Origin: Fistulifera solaris
Lineage: Eukaryota
Assembly: GCA_030295235.1 (NCBI GenBank)
Contig: AP026169.1
Span: 744,001 to 808,000 of the forward strand
Direction: 5' to 3'
Length of the DNA: 64,000 nt
The notes under the pieces are model-generated. The model saw only the letters and a program-made list of their open reading frames with translations, made no database searches and had not been told where the DNA came from. The position numbers and the translations under genes are program-made. Position 1 is the stretch's first letter. Each line of letters starts with the position of its first letter. Positions 1-13,899 of this stretch are shown here, piece by piece.

Positions 1-326
1 AACAACGGGTACAGCGACGACGCGAACGACACTACGGAAGCCAGCATCGTCTGTCATCTGTCTCGCAATCGGAGGAGTGTCAACGCACTCTCTCTCCACG
101 TGCGGGGTGTACTTTTTCATTCAGACTCCTAAGCGATGTGACGTAGTGAACGTCACAGCCCAATCTTTTCTTCGCTTTTCCGCCTACGTAAGGACAAGCT
201 AGAAAATGTACGGAGCACGGGACGTCCGTCTACCGATCCCAGCAAGTTATTCATCGGTATCGGTCACCTTCGCAGCGACCGCCTCGTTGAATTTATCGCG
301 TGTGTTTTATCATTTACAAAACAACC

Positions 327-2089
<1,763 letters not shown>

Positions 2090-2845
2090 GCATAGTTCTT
2101 TGTTCATCTGACTAGACTACAATATTAAGCGGACTGTTACTACATCCTATAGTTTTTCAATGAAGCCTGTCGGAACATGGCAGATCGTGGTAGCCCGTTG
2201 CTGTTTCACGGGGAATGTGGATCAGAGGCTACCGTAGCAATTCCCGTCTAGCGCCGCTGTTTTCGAAATTCGCGTTCATAACGAAGTTCAGAGAGAACAA
2301 TGACCGCAAATTTTCGTCACTGTTTGAATGATCGGTCAGACTTTTTTGTCCACTCTCTCTAGAGGATGGGCTGGACGTTCTTGAATTATGTTTGTTGACC
2401 TAGCATCTTCAGACAGCTCAACGACTACAAAACAAAGTTCTAATTCTAATACTCCGTATTGGTCGTTATGAACCGGTCAAAACAAGAGAAACGGGCGTCA
2501 AATTCATAAAAATTAAATATTTCCGGGGAACTGAAAATTTTTGAGTCACCATCTTGTCAAGTTTACACTCTATTGTACAGTGCAAACCAAAAAGCATAAA
2601 GATTAAGAGTAAGGCTAACGTCTGGCTGTCATGTGTGCTATTTTCTCACCACCTTTTGATTGCCAACAAATCAAGCGATGCATCGAATGCAATGCAAGTT
2701 TTTCTCCATATTATAGTTTACCTGGTAGTCATTTCGTTCCTTCCTGTCGGTGTCGGTTTCATCGGCATAATTGCGCTATCTCTGCATCCTTGACGTTCTT
2801 GATTGCCACAATTAAACGTGACAAAGTCGACACGAAGTCAGCAAT

Positions 2846-4117
2846 ATGGCATCATCATCTTCAATAATAATATTCAATGAGGAAGAAAAGAAAGATAAAA
2901 AACGGTGTTTTGAGCGAGATTGGCTTTCTAAATTAATGGAGCGACATGGGCATCGCGATACATGGGTGCTCGCGCCGATGGTGGATCAATCCGATTTACC
3001 CTTTCGAAAGCTGGTGCGGAAATACGGCTGTACGCTTTGTTTCACACCGATGATACATGCCAAGATGCTGCTTACCCACGCCGTTTATCGACGCAAGTTT
3101 TTGATCCGCGATGACCCCACAGATCGTCCTCTCATTGCACAACTTTGTGGTAATGATGCAGAGACTTTGATTGCCGCTGCTCGTCTGCTTGAGCCGTTTT
3201 GTGATGCCATCGATTTAAATTGTGGATGTCCTCAGATGATTGCTCGACGTGGAAACTACGGAGCGTTTCTACTGGAATCTCCCGACTCTTTGGTCGAAAC
3301 AGTCAAACAATTGGTACAAGGTGTCAACATTCCTGTTTGTGTTAAAGTACGGCTTGTGCCTACCTCCGACTCTTCGTGTGAAACTCCGCAGACTGATTGG
3401 GATGCATCCATTGATCTGTACCGACGCTTGGTTCGTGAGGCAGGTATTGCCATGTTGACTGTGCATGGAAGGACGCGACATCATAAGGGTCCTACGATCG
3501 GAAAAGCTGATTGGGATGCAGTTCGTCGTGTGGTGGAAGAACTGGGCTCCGAAGTACCAATTTTATCGAACGGAAGCATAGACAGCTTAGAACAGGCACA
3601 GGAATGTCGACAAGTAACAGGAGTGGACGGAATCATGTCGTCGGAGGCCATCTTAGAGTACCCAGCTTTATTCGCAGGAGTAGAAAGAAAAAGTCGCGTT
3701 CAATTGGCGTACGAGTATTTGCAATTGGCGAAGGAATATCCACCAGAGCTAGGAGGACAAGGAAGCGGAACCAAATGTATGAGGGCCCATATACATCGCT
3801 TTCTCGATGGCGATTTTGAAGGAAACAACCATTTTCGTCAAGCTCTTATTGCAGCGAAAGGTAGGGAGGACCTGTGGGATATTGTCGATCAAGTGGCGGC
3901 CATTCAGAAAGAAAACGGGCATGATGTTGCGAGCGAGAAGCTTTCGTGGTACATGAGATATCGGAATGGTCAATTCGATGGCCTCTCCGACAGACACAAG
4001 GCCGAACGATTAGGTAGCACCAAATCTCGATTACCAGATTCCGACGACGAAGAGGAAGACGTCGAAGGCTGTGCTCAATGCGTTTTTGATACAAACAACG
4101 ACAATGGCGACTATTAA
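2846..4117 (+). CDS. DUS1: tRNA-dihydrouridine synthase (DUS1-like)
   Basis: LAPMVDQSDLPFR, DRPLIAQLCG, IDLNCGCPQ, LTVHGRTR, GVDGIMSSE motifs. Confidence 0.9.
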   Translation: MASSSSIIIFNEEEKKDKKRCFERDWLSKLMERHGHRDTWVLAPMVDQSDLPFRKLVRKYGCTLCFTPMIHAKMLLTHAVYRRKFLIRDDPTDRPLIAQLCGNDAETLIAAARLLEPFCDAIDLNCGCPQMIARRGNYGAFLLESPDSLVETVKQLVQGVNIPVCVKVRLVPTSDSSCETPQTDWDASIDLYRRLVREAGIAMLTVHGRTRHHKGPTIGKADWDAVRRVVEELGSEVPILSNGSIDSLEQAQECRQVTGVDGIMSSEAILEYPALFAGVERKSRVQLAYEYLQLAKEYPPELGGQGSGTKCMRAHIHRFLDGDFEGNNHFRQALIAAKGREDLWDIVDQVAAIQKENGHDVASEKLSWYMRYRNGQFDGLSDRHKAERLGSTKSRLPDSDDEEEDVEGCAQCVFDTNNDNGDY

Positions 4118-4345
4118 TCAAAGACATAATAGAAGCGAATCTTCAAAGAAGCACTAGACAGTTTAAAGATTACCACAGTGAGGAGTACGTCGACGACTGA
4201 CTTAACGCTTTTTGAATGTAAACAGCGACTTTTTTCAACGGCAGAAGAGTAGCAAAGCATCAAGATTCAACATGATAGGAAGGAGCGAAATGTTATAATA
4301 GAGAGGTTAACCCACGTATAAAATGAATGAACTATAAGCTTCTTG

Positions 4346-5577
4346 CTATACAGGTAGCAAATCATTGACACACTTTGGCAGTTCCAGGGACTGATTGTGT
4401 TTAATTTCCTGCATGAATGGCCGTTTCAAATCACAGAATTGTCGTTCGCGGTCCAGTCGATGTGGCATTGTGTAACCCATGACTCGATCAAAGTCTTCAA
4501 AAATAGGATCGACAGGGAATGGCCATGTATAAATTGGCCCGATACCGAAAACCTGCAAAACGAAAGAGAACTTTATGAGTTGTATGTACAAAATCGGGAA
4601 GAAATGGGTGATGGGCGTATCCAACAACACGTACATCAATGAGCTGGATTGGTTCCTCGTCGGATTGATTCATCGTATTCGTAGCTTTCTTCTTCAGCCT
4701 ATCAATTGTCCCAATCCCCGTCATAATTCCGTAACAGACATTCATCAGCATGCTGCTTGTAAATAGAAAAGCGCCTATTGCCAGTAATGTCATTAAACGG
4801 ACCAAGTGGATAATAATCGGATGAAATGTGCAATCGTCGTCCGCGCAAAAGAAATAATTCCATCCGAATAAGGAAAGCGCGTACGCTGACGAGCTCCATG
4901 TGTATATCAGAAACAGAATAAAGTGTTTCAAGTTCGCTGCTCCGACGCAATTGTTCATCCATGGGCAGTGGTGATCCATGTGACTGATGCAGCGATTGCA
5001 GATGCGGCAGTGGTGACTTCCGGGTGGTTTGAATGTCTGACATTGCCCACACATGGAGTGCGAATCGCGTAATAAGCGTTGTTTCTCGCATGGAATAGCT
5101 TGAACAGGAACAGAACCAGGGTCGGTTAAGCTTGTTTTGGCGTGCGAAGCCAGCGCGAGAAAGCACAAAATGTTGTATATCATACCCAACACTACGGGTA
5201 TGCCTTCCGTGACGGTCAATGCGGTGACCGTAAATGCTGAGTATAACATTAAAACCCAGACCATTGTTGACATAATCGATCCTGCTTGATCGGACGAGTT
5301 GCACCATGTTCCGTTCTTGAAAGGAATGAGTAAAAGAAACAAACGTCAACAAAACGAACCCCTGTGATGTTGCACGTACCGTTTCATGTGTGCCGAAAGT
5401 GAAACTCCAGGGCTGCTCATTGTAGCTATCGACGTAGTATTCGCCTCTCTCTCTAATTCGGGGGTATTCTTGAGGCGGTTTGTTTGAATCATCGTAATTA
5501 TAGTCATACTCGAGCAATTCGTCTCTCACTGAATAGCAGAACTGGTGATACGGCTGATGACGACTGCGCACCGTCAT
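4346..5577 (-). CDS. DHHC zinc-finger palmitoyltransferase, multi-exon
   Basis: CGQCQTFKPPGSHHCRICNRCISHMDHHCPWMNNCVG plus TM helices. Introns at ~5316-5379 and ~4553-4630 inferred from GT/AG sites and ORF junctions. Confidence 0.9.
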
Positions 5578-6311
5578 GACAATTCAAAATTGATAGCAAC
5601 TTGACAACGCAATAACAGCTTCTACGAGCGCCGAACTCGTTGAATGATATGGTTGAATATTGACAACACACAATGACAATGATTGGGCAGCACGCAACAA
5701 CGAAAGACGCAAGCAACGAGAGGATCACTGAATTTATATTGATGTGACAAAAGGCAACTGTGAGATCGGCAGAGTAGGGGGAAATACATATACGACGCTG
5801 TATATTTGAGCAATGATAAGTAGTCGTTGACGCGCGCCGGCTACCCTTCCGTTCAAAATTTCTGGTTGCAACTTTAACACTAACCTTTGTGCTTCAAGCT
5901 ACTATGGACTATACAGTGGTATTAACTTTCCCGCGACTGGAATTCAGTCGGGAGCTGATCATGGATTTTTCGTACTTATGTCCACATTGTGTTTTATATG
6001 AATATTTTTCGACACCTCGATCGTTATTTTATTCGTAGACGCTATTGAAGCAATGTAGCTTTTGCAATAAACGCCCGCATTACATTTTTTTCGGTGAATT
6101 TCCTCCCGCGGTCTGTCGAAAACTATTTACTATGAATCAACATGTAGGCGACCTTTCTCCACGACTGGATTTTCTGTCATGAACGACGACTTCGTCGTTT
6201 TTTACGGTTTCGCTATGGACGTACCAGGTACCAGGTACGTTAATATTCGCTACGAACCCAATCTTCTAAACCCAATTTACAGTAATACTATTCGCAAGGC
6301 TTGCAAATTTG

Positions 6312-7806
6312 CTAATGATGGACGGACCCATCGAAAGGCACATCGTCCTCTTTTTCGCGATCATCCGTACAGTTACCTGTTTCCGGTTCTATTCTACCTT
6401 GCGATGTATCCGAACTATCCATTTGGCTTTCATCTTTGGAAACAACAGTTCTTCTTGTGTTAAACAAAGATAACGATTTTGCTTTATCATACAAATCGCT
6501 CGTCAATCTCATTGTTGACGCTTGAAGGAGCTCTTTTCGTTCAGATAAAGTTTCAAAGAAGTGATCGAGCTTGCTGGTCTTTGTATCCCGCCACCAAGTA
6601 GTCAGGTCACTCTTGGTGTTAACGCAATACTTCCACCATCGAGGACCGAATGTACTATATTGCTGTTTGAAGTCCACAAAAGCCGCATCATACTTTTCTT
6701 CAAGCCGATGATCTAAATTTAAGACGTTCATACGAAAGGTGGCCGTGATGAAACCGAACCCGGCGAGCATTATCACTGTTTGTAGAAGCTTTGCTAACAT
6801 GTGCGTGTTCTTGTCTGCCACGACGGCTTCCAAACCGGCGCCTAATGTCCCTAACCAGAAAATCCATTCGCCGGCGTAGTTGGGATGCGTACAATGACTC
6901 CATAGTCCTTCCCGACACCAGCGGTAGCGATTCCCTGGTGAAGACGCCTTAAAGGCACTTTTTGCCAGTCAGCCAAAGACTCGATTACAAGCCCCGATAA
7001 CTGAAGTAAGATTCCGATCCAAGAAATAGCCCCCCTGGATTGTGGGTCGATTGTATCGAAAACCAGCAAGGTGATGCAACACAAAAGTATGCCAATGAGT
7101 AGAAAATCCAGCACAGTATCTTAACCATTATGTCAGGAGATTGCTGTTCATTGACTTGAGAGAGTTTTTTATGTAGAGCTGGCCAATTTATATATTCACG
7201 CCAAAGTAAGAAAGATACCATTCGCAAAGACCAACTCACCACCAAGATGGAGTGGAGAGCTGTCGTCAAATCAAGAGATTTCGTGTTGAAAATCAGTGAC
7301 AATGCAGCAGGAATCCCTATCCCTGCGCCATATCCCACTGTGATAAAGTATAAGAAAGTATCAAAGCCCACCGATGTCCCCAACAACGTGAGAATATAAA
7401 TGGACAACAAGGAGAGTCCTGATCGATCCGGTCGAAGTAAGGCAGCTAAAGCACTTGAAAGTACAGAAGGTGCGTACGTGTTGGAGTCCTTGACAAGCTT
7501 TTCGCTCGACAAAACAGCCTCTTTAATACGGCCATTCGCCAAGCGGTTTGATAGCGAGTCGTAATATCGGTTAAGTGTGTTCCTTGTACGTGATGTACCT
7601 AGAAAGGTTTTGGGCGTCTCTTTTCTGTCTTCTTCTCGAGCTGCACCGCCGGATAAGCGAATTGCCGTGGTTAGTATTTGTGATGAAATTATTAACGATG
7701 CTTTCTGACGTCTTTGATGGACAGTGGCGTCAGAAGAGGTGCATATGCTTGCCAGCAAGCAGAAGCAGAGTAACTTTGATTTTCTGGATCTCTCGACAAG
7801 ATCCAT
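6312..7806 (-). CDS. DUF1295 / steroid 5-alpha-reductase-like membrane protein, split by two apparent frameshifts
   Basis: IESLADWQK, then in another frame WCREGLWSHCTHPNYAGEWIFWLG. Multiple TM segments across ORFs 6985-7860, 6851-7114 and 6312-6833. Confidence 0.75.
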
Positions 7807-8177
7807 TTGCAAGAAGGGCTCTGTCCTTAGCTGGCGGGAAATGAGGTCGTTTGAATACACTCTGTTGTTAATTATCCGATTGACTGAATAAACGACGACT
7901 TGGCTTTGTTGTTTATTGTAGTTTCAAGTTTCAACCGCGTCGGATGAGAATTGGTACAGGTATCAGGTATGCGGTACCGGTACCAGATGTCTCAGTGGCT
8001 TAAAAGTTTTTATCTAGTGCAAAGTGTTGTTGTTTTTCACCTGGACTGGACTTTCAGTCATGAGCTCGTTTCTCGCAAGTTTTGCCTAGAAGAAGATCCG
8101 TGAAATATACATTTACGGAGTATCAGCAAAGCACAATTAAACTTCCGCATAGTCTACTTTGTACACCCTGATTATCT

Positions 8178-9673
8178 CTACACGACATGAACCCTGGACG
8201 GGCTTGATTCAGTAAGATTTGTGCCTCGCTCTCGATTCCGTAAAGATGACATGGAATCGAGACTTGCTTCGCGGCTTTTCGGTTGTCGCAACTCCATTTC
8301 CGCTCTTCGAGCCGAGCGTCGAAATTGCGTGGATTTCTTCCGTTTCATTGTCGATTTCGCCCTCCCGCGACGCAGTGACTTGGCAGTGAGAGCGGAAATG
8401 AATATGGCAACACCGCCAACATGTTCCGGTGTACAGACATTGTTGAATACAAAGAAGGAAATAAAGAGAGTCATTGCCTTTCGCGCTGTACTAGTGATCG
8501 ACATGGCCAAGGCTCCGAAATTCTTTGTGATAGCTGCCGAACATGACGATCCGAAAAAGCCCATGGAAGAGAAAGTGACCATGACGAGTATTTTGGCCGG
8601 AACAGACCACGAACGCTCTTTCAGTGGAGTCCCTGCCATCACTTCGTCGTACGTTCCCGGAGTTGCCAGCCAGACAAGACCTTCGCGTAAATCTCCTTTT
8701 AATGCGGCAGCCACCGTAATGGCGACCAAAGCAATCGAATACAAACGGAAAATGAACTGGTAACAATGACGACTCATGTCAGTTGCCATCGAATACAAAC
8801 GGAAAGGCAATAGCACAATAGAAACCAACTCACCTCATCTTGGCCCACTCCAAAGTTCACCATGATACGTTCACTTAAATTGGAAATGGCTCCGTCGCAA
8901 ATCAGTGACACGGTCAGCATGACAACCCCAATGTGATGAAAGACAGCGGACGAATTGGAGTCAGCATGCATGAAAATCGCCAAGCCCGCTACCATGGCCA
9001 TAACAATCGCATAATCCGCAGGATAATACGTCTTGCGGCTAATGATGACACCAAAGATCATGGTAAAGACGACACGCGAACTTTTCATGAGCGTCTTTGC
9101 GGGGTAATTGATGTATTGCATCGCCAAATTGGTCATTCCAAGATCGAGTGCTCGCAGCAAACTCAGACCAACATACAACGGCATGGGCACATCGGGTTTC
9201 GAAGCAGCAGTAGGAGAACGAGTGGTTTGCCAAGAAATCTCTCCATCTTCTGTGGGAGAAGTAGTTCGAGACCGTGATATCTTCATTTGTCGTTGTTGCT
9301 TCCTGTACACAAAATTTCGCAACAAATAAGCCCATCCCGTATATCCACTAAACTGTGCCATGGCCTGAAACAATCCCAAGTTGCGATTGCAAATTTGTAC
9401 GGCAATGAGTTCTTGCAAATATCCGTACAACAAAGAGAACCCAAAGACTCCCATCGCACAGACAATGAATTGCGTCTGCCGCGGCAGATGCGAAATATCA
9501 ACACCCAATACCAAGACAGGCTCCGAAACCAAGTCTTCGAAGAATTCTAAATCAGCACCAGTGTTGGTATTGATGGAAGCGAGGGAATCCGGAGCTGACT
9601 CAATGTCTAATTTTCCGGCGGCAATGTCCGCGTCATCGACGCCTCGGGAAACGAGTTGGTGACGATTGCGCAT
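8178..9673 (-). CDS. PAPS / nucleotide-sugar transporter (SLC35B3-like, UAA family); intron 8757-8833
   Basis: LLYGYLQELI, TNLAMQYINYPAKTLMKSSRVV, FGALAMSITSTARKAMTL. The GTGAGT..CCAG intron joins the two ORFs in frame. Confidence 0.85.
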
Positions 9674-10322
9674 GAACGTTGTGGATTGTTTGTAATGCAA
9701 TTGTTGTTACGAGTAGATCGTCGATTGATTGTGTTGAGAAGTACAAGCAGTGTTTATGATGTCATGAATGAAACGAGAGAGGAAGAGATCCCTACAGGGC
9801 AAAAACAAGGCAAGAAGAAGAAAAAAATTGTGAAACTGTGGGGTCGCAAAATTTGTCAGTCATCTGTGCATCTTGATCATCTCTCGTCCACGTTATTACT
9901 ACGTATTTTGTTCACACCGCTCACCGCAAAACCACACTAGGAGGAATAGTACTATCGTTGTCGTAGCTACTCCGCTTCTGCGCTCTAAATACAAAGTACT
10001 TTGTACTCCAATCATTGAGTGCCGTTCTCCTTGTCCTCTTGGTACTTTCGTAGAAAATTCTACCGTGTTTGACGTCATCAACGGATCTTTTCGTATCCGT
10101 TGGAGCACGATATACAAGACTTATTTCAGTGTTGGATCCCTTGTGCGAAACACGAGACACGACAAAACATTCACGAACGTCCACCGAAATGCAAAAAAGG
10201 GGGGCAACGATGCGGGATGCGGGATGCCGGATGATACTACAAGTACAAGTACAAGTACAAGTACAAGTAGATTCTTGCTACCAGATGACTTACTTATCCC
10301 CTTTCATTGGATGCTTCGTTGA

Positions 10323-11923
10323 ATGCTGTTATTCGCAACTCTTCTATTCTGGATTCTTTCGAATAATAATGCACAGGCATTTCAATATGATTTGGTGATC
10401 GTCGGCGGCGGAGCGGCTGGATTGTTTGCCGCTGGAAGTGCTTCAGCGTTGGGGAAACAGGTCGCCATTGTGGATCTAAAACAAGAATTGGGAGGTGGTT
10501 GCACCAATGCGGCGTGTGTTCCGAGTAAAGCGTTGCGTTCGATCGTTCGAACGTCCCAGTCAGCGCCAGAGCATGTGCGCTCTGTCGTAGAGGCGGTCCG
10601 AGCACGTGAACAACCACAACAAATGCTCGAACGAAATTCGAATCTTGATTTGCATTTCGTACAATCGTGTTGTTTTACAGATAGTCATACCATGGAACTC
10701 TCATTTCGGAATTCAACCAAGTGCTTCATCCAAAGTCGTCATTTTCTACTGTCGGTAGGAGCGGATCCGGCAATACCTTTTCCGTTTCAAGACCAAGCAC
10801 GTGCCGCCCGTCTGCCCCTTTGGACTTACCGAAGTATTTTGCAACCCGAAGAAACAGAGTTTTGGGATACTGTCAAGTCCGGTCATCTCCGGAGACTCTT
10901 GATCGTGGGTGGTGGCTCCACGGCGTGTGAGCTGGGTCAGTCGTTGGGACGTTTGTTAGCCCACAATACCACCTTGGAGCTAGTGGCACCGGCTCTTCTG
11001 TCGGAAGAAGATCCATCGCTACAAGAAAGCGCTCAGAAACTCTTAGAGCGAGCGGGTGTTTTATGCAAATTAGACGTCAAAATGGACAAAATATTGGAGA
11101 ATAAGAGCATCCAGCTCAGTGACGGCAGCTATTTAGCACCAGTCGATGGGATCCTTCTTTGCGTTGGACGGAGTCCTCAACTAGAATCCTTGCATTTACA
11201 CCAAGCGGGCGTTGAATGGAATAAGAACGGAGTCAGCATTCGTCCCTCTACACTACAATCAATTTCTGCTTCGCATATTTTTGCTGCTGGCGATTGCGCG
11301 GACTTGATCGACAAAGGTCCAGAACATCCGCCCATGCGGCATATATGGGCTTTCATGCCGTGCGGAATATGTATGTGCCGTGGTGGTTGCGTATAGGAAG
11401 CTCCTCTCAACATAAAGTGGTTCCCCGCGTTATCTACACAGATCCGGAAATGGCTCGTGTAGGACTAACGCGGAAAGAATGCCAGGAACGATATCCGGAC
11501 TTTCAATCCGTTCTTGTCAAAGAAGAAGGAAGTGATCGCGCGGATATGGAGCGGCGAGAAAGGGACACTGAGGTCACGTTCCTCGAGCTCAGAGCTTCTC
11601 GAAGCGGTCAGATTTTGGGAGGCACAGCGTGTGGACCCGCTGCTGCCGAATTGGCAAACAGCATGGGCGTCGCAATTACCAACAGGTTATCAGTCAGAGA
11701 CTTGGCCAAGTCGATTCACAGTTATCCTTCCCATGGATACCTCTTGTATCGTGTTGCACTTTCGATGGCTCTTAGCGATACGAGAGGCTTCTTAGAGTCT
11801 TGTGGTCCGGTAGGCAAGATACTTGCAGGATTGATCGGGGCAGTGGGCTCTAGTGTCAGGATTATTCGTTCTTTCTTCGCAGCTCATGTCGTGCGCGAAA
11901 AACCGAGAACAAATAACTTATGA
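10323..11923 (+). CDS. Class I pyridine nucleotide-disulfide oxidoreductase (lipoamide dehydrogenase / mercuric-reductase-like), frameshift ~11320
   Basis: YDLVIVGGGAAG, redox motif GGGCTNAACVPSK, IVGGGSTACELG, IFAAGDC, PRVIYTDPEMARVGLT, IHSYPS. Signal peptide ending AQA-FQY. Confidence 0.85.
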
Positions 11924-12191
11924 TCTAAGGTTATAAGAAGATCAATGCTATATTTGCTTTATTTGAACATGTGAAAAGTAGTGACAATCGTTGTTTCTAA
12001 CCCTAACCCTAGAGAGAGGTACTGGTACGGGGCGGGGTCAAATTTCATTGCTCTCCGGGTGCCTCTGTCGATTTCCTGGTAAGTCGAGAGCGACGAGGAC
12101 GGCACCAACAAAATACTTGTACTTGTAATTGCCGATTTCACATCATTGTCGGGCAACTGCAATACTCCGTATAATTTTTCAAAACTTCAAT

Positions 12192-13355
12192 ATGAATTCA
12201 AAGGACCAAAGCAAAAGGAAGCGCCCATCGAAAGAGTTGCACAACGAATATGAGGGCTACACGTGGGATATGGTCAATCCTTCGATCGATCGCGTCGACA
12301 ACAGCATCTCTGCCAAAGAATTCTTTCAACGCTACATTTCAAAACGCCGTCCTTGTATCCTCATTAATCCATCCAAATCCAAAATAACTGCCCAGCTGAT
12401 CTGTCAGGTCGCGGGTGATGCTGAAGTGCAAGTCGAAAGAAGAACTGATGAAACGAAAACGTACGGACAGAATCGCAGTAAAGAGTATCAGGTGAACCTA
12501 ACGATCGACGCGTTCTGGAAGCACTTACAGGACGGAAAATCTCGAGAGCTGTACTATCTATCGACGCAAGAGTCCGATGACACTTTCTCGACACCCTGTC
12601 GACAGCTCTTGGAAGCGGGACACATTTCTGCAACACTCGAATGGGCTGGTTCGCTTCTGTTACAATCCTGTAATCTTTGGTGGGGTGCTTCCAAAGAGTC
12701 CAGCTCCGGCTTGCATCACGACTTTCACGACAACTTTTACCTCGTGCAATCGGGTATCAAGCGCTTTCGCTTGTTTCCGCCCAGTTACAATGTTTCCGTG
12801 TACGGTGAAATCGAAACGATTCATCGAAATGGATTAATATCGTATCGCAACAATCCGACGAGAGCGGATGGTGTTCCGATATCAAAGCGAGCTAAGTTAG
12901 ATGAAAACGACTCAGATGAGGAAGATTCTGATGAGGACCAGGCTTTCATCGGGAAGGGGTTTGACTATGAGAGTGACAATTCAGATGATTTCCAATTGAA
13001 AGATAATGGAAATGATGATTATGATGAACTAGTTGGGCATGAAGATAACGACGATGAAGGTTCTGATGCAAGCACTGATAAAAAGATGAGGGTAGAAATT
13101 GGTCCCGACAATTCCCGACCCGATCACTTTTCTCCATTGCATCCTGATGACGTGGCTGATCTTGGCCTCACCGTCGAGATTCATCCTGGTGAATGCTTGT
13201 ATTTACCTTGTGGATGGTTTCATCATGTAACATCGCTCTGTACCAATGGTGAATGTCATATGGCGCTCAACTATTGGTACCATCCTCCAGATTGTTTGGA
13301 GTGCTTTGAAGACCCCTACTCTCATCGTGACGATTTGTGTTTGGCCAAAACGTAA
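12192..13355 (+). CDS. JmjC / cupin-like domain protein
   Basis: NLWWG..SSGLHHDFHDNFY..GIKRFRLFPP and PGECLYLPCGWFHHV..ALNYWYHPP give the HxD...H iron ligands. Confidence 0.9.
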   Translation: MNSKDQSKRKRPSKELHNEYEGYTWDMVNPSIDRVDNSISAKEFFQRYISKRRPCILINPSKSKITAQLICQVAGDAEVQVERRTDETKTYGQNRSKEYQVNLTIDAFWKHLQDGKSRELYYLSTQESDDTFSTPCRQLLEAGHISATLEWAGSLLLQSCNLWWGASKESSSGLHHDFHDNFYLVQSGIKRFRLFPPSYNVSVYGEIETIHRNGLISYRNNPTRADGVPISKRAKLDENDSDEEDSDEDQAFIGKGFDYESDNSDDFQLKDNGNDDYDELVGHEDNDDEGSDASTDKKMRVEIGPDNSRPDHFSPLHPDDVADLGLTVEIHPGECLYLPCGWFHHVTSLCTNGECHMALNYWYHPPDCLECFEDPYSHRDDLCLAKT

Positions 13356-13899
13356 TTACTCTTTTTCGGAAAAGTTGCGGATTGTACTTTTAGTAATAAA
13401 ATAGACCATTTCACGAATGCTGTTTGAATCCTATGGATCGGAGAAGAGAGGAAAGCTAGAGAATCGAATCATCTGGGGGTCTAGAAATCACTTGTCTGTT
13501 TTTTCATTAGGTTCCGAGTTATGCGCCTTTTGTTGGGGCATTAGGGGAGAATTTTTCTATTATCCTAGTGTACTTTGTAAGGTGGGGTCATTTTATCCCA
13601 ATTGCGAATAGTCTTCGAGTCTTGCCTTTCCAAGAATATAGAATTATCTGTATCGATACTGGGCGTAGAGGCACTATCGTGCTATCGCGTTTAGAAGATC
13701 CAAAAAGCCAAAATGGAGGTGAAAGGACATTTCGACATCATCGTCCGTTCAGCACCTTTTTATTATCGCAACGCATTCTAGAGAAGTGTTTTATTGCAGT
13801 GCCTACATTCCTTTCTCCTTCTTTCTTTATCAGTTCTTCTCTATTCGTCTACAATAAATCACTTTAGCTCGATAACTTTATGTCACATTCAACTTCACG

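Noticed and set aside
10238..10268. (ACAAGT)5 and other microsatellites such as (GGA)n at ~26457, (AAAG)n at ~43251 and (GAC)n at ~46681
   Set aside because: Ordinary simple sequence repeats with no further structure.
10323..11923. True mercuric reductase (merA)
   Set aside because: It lacks the C-terminal vicinal Cys pair and the N-terminal metal-binding domain.
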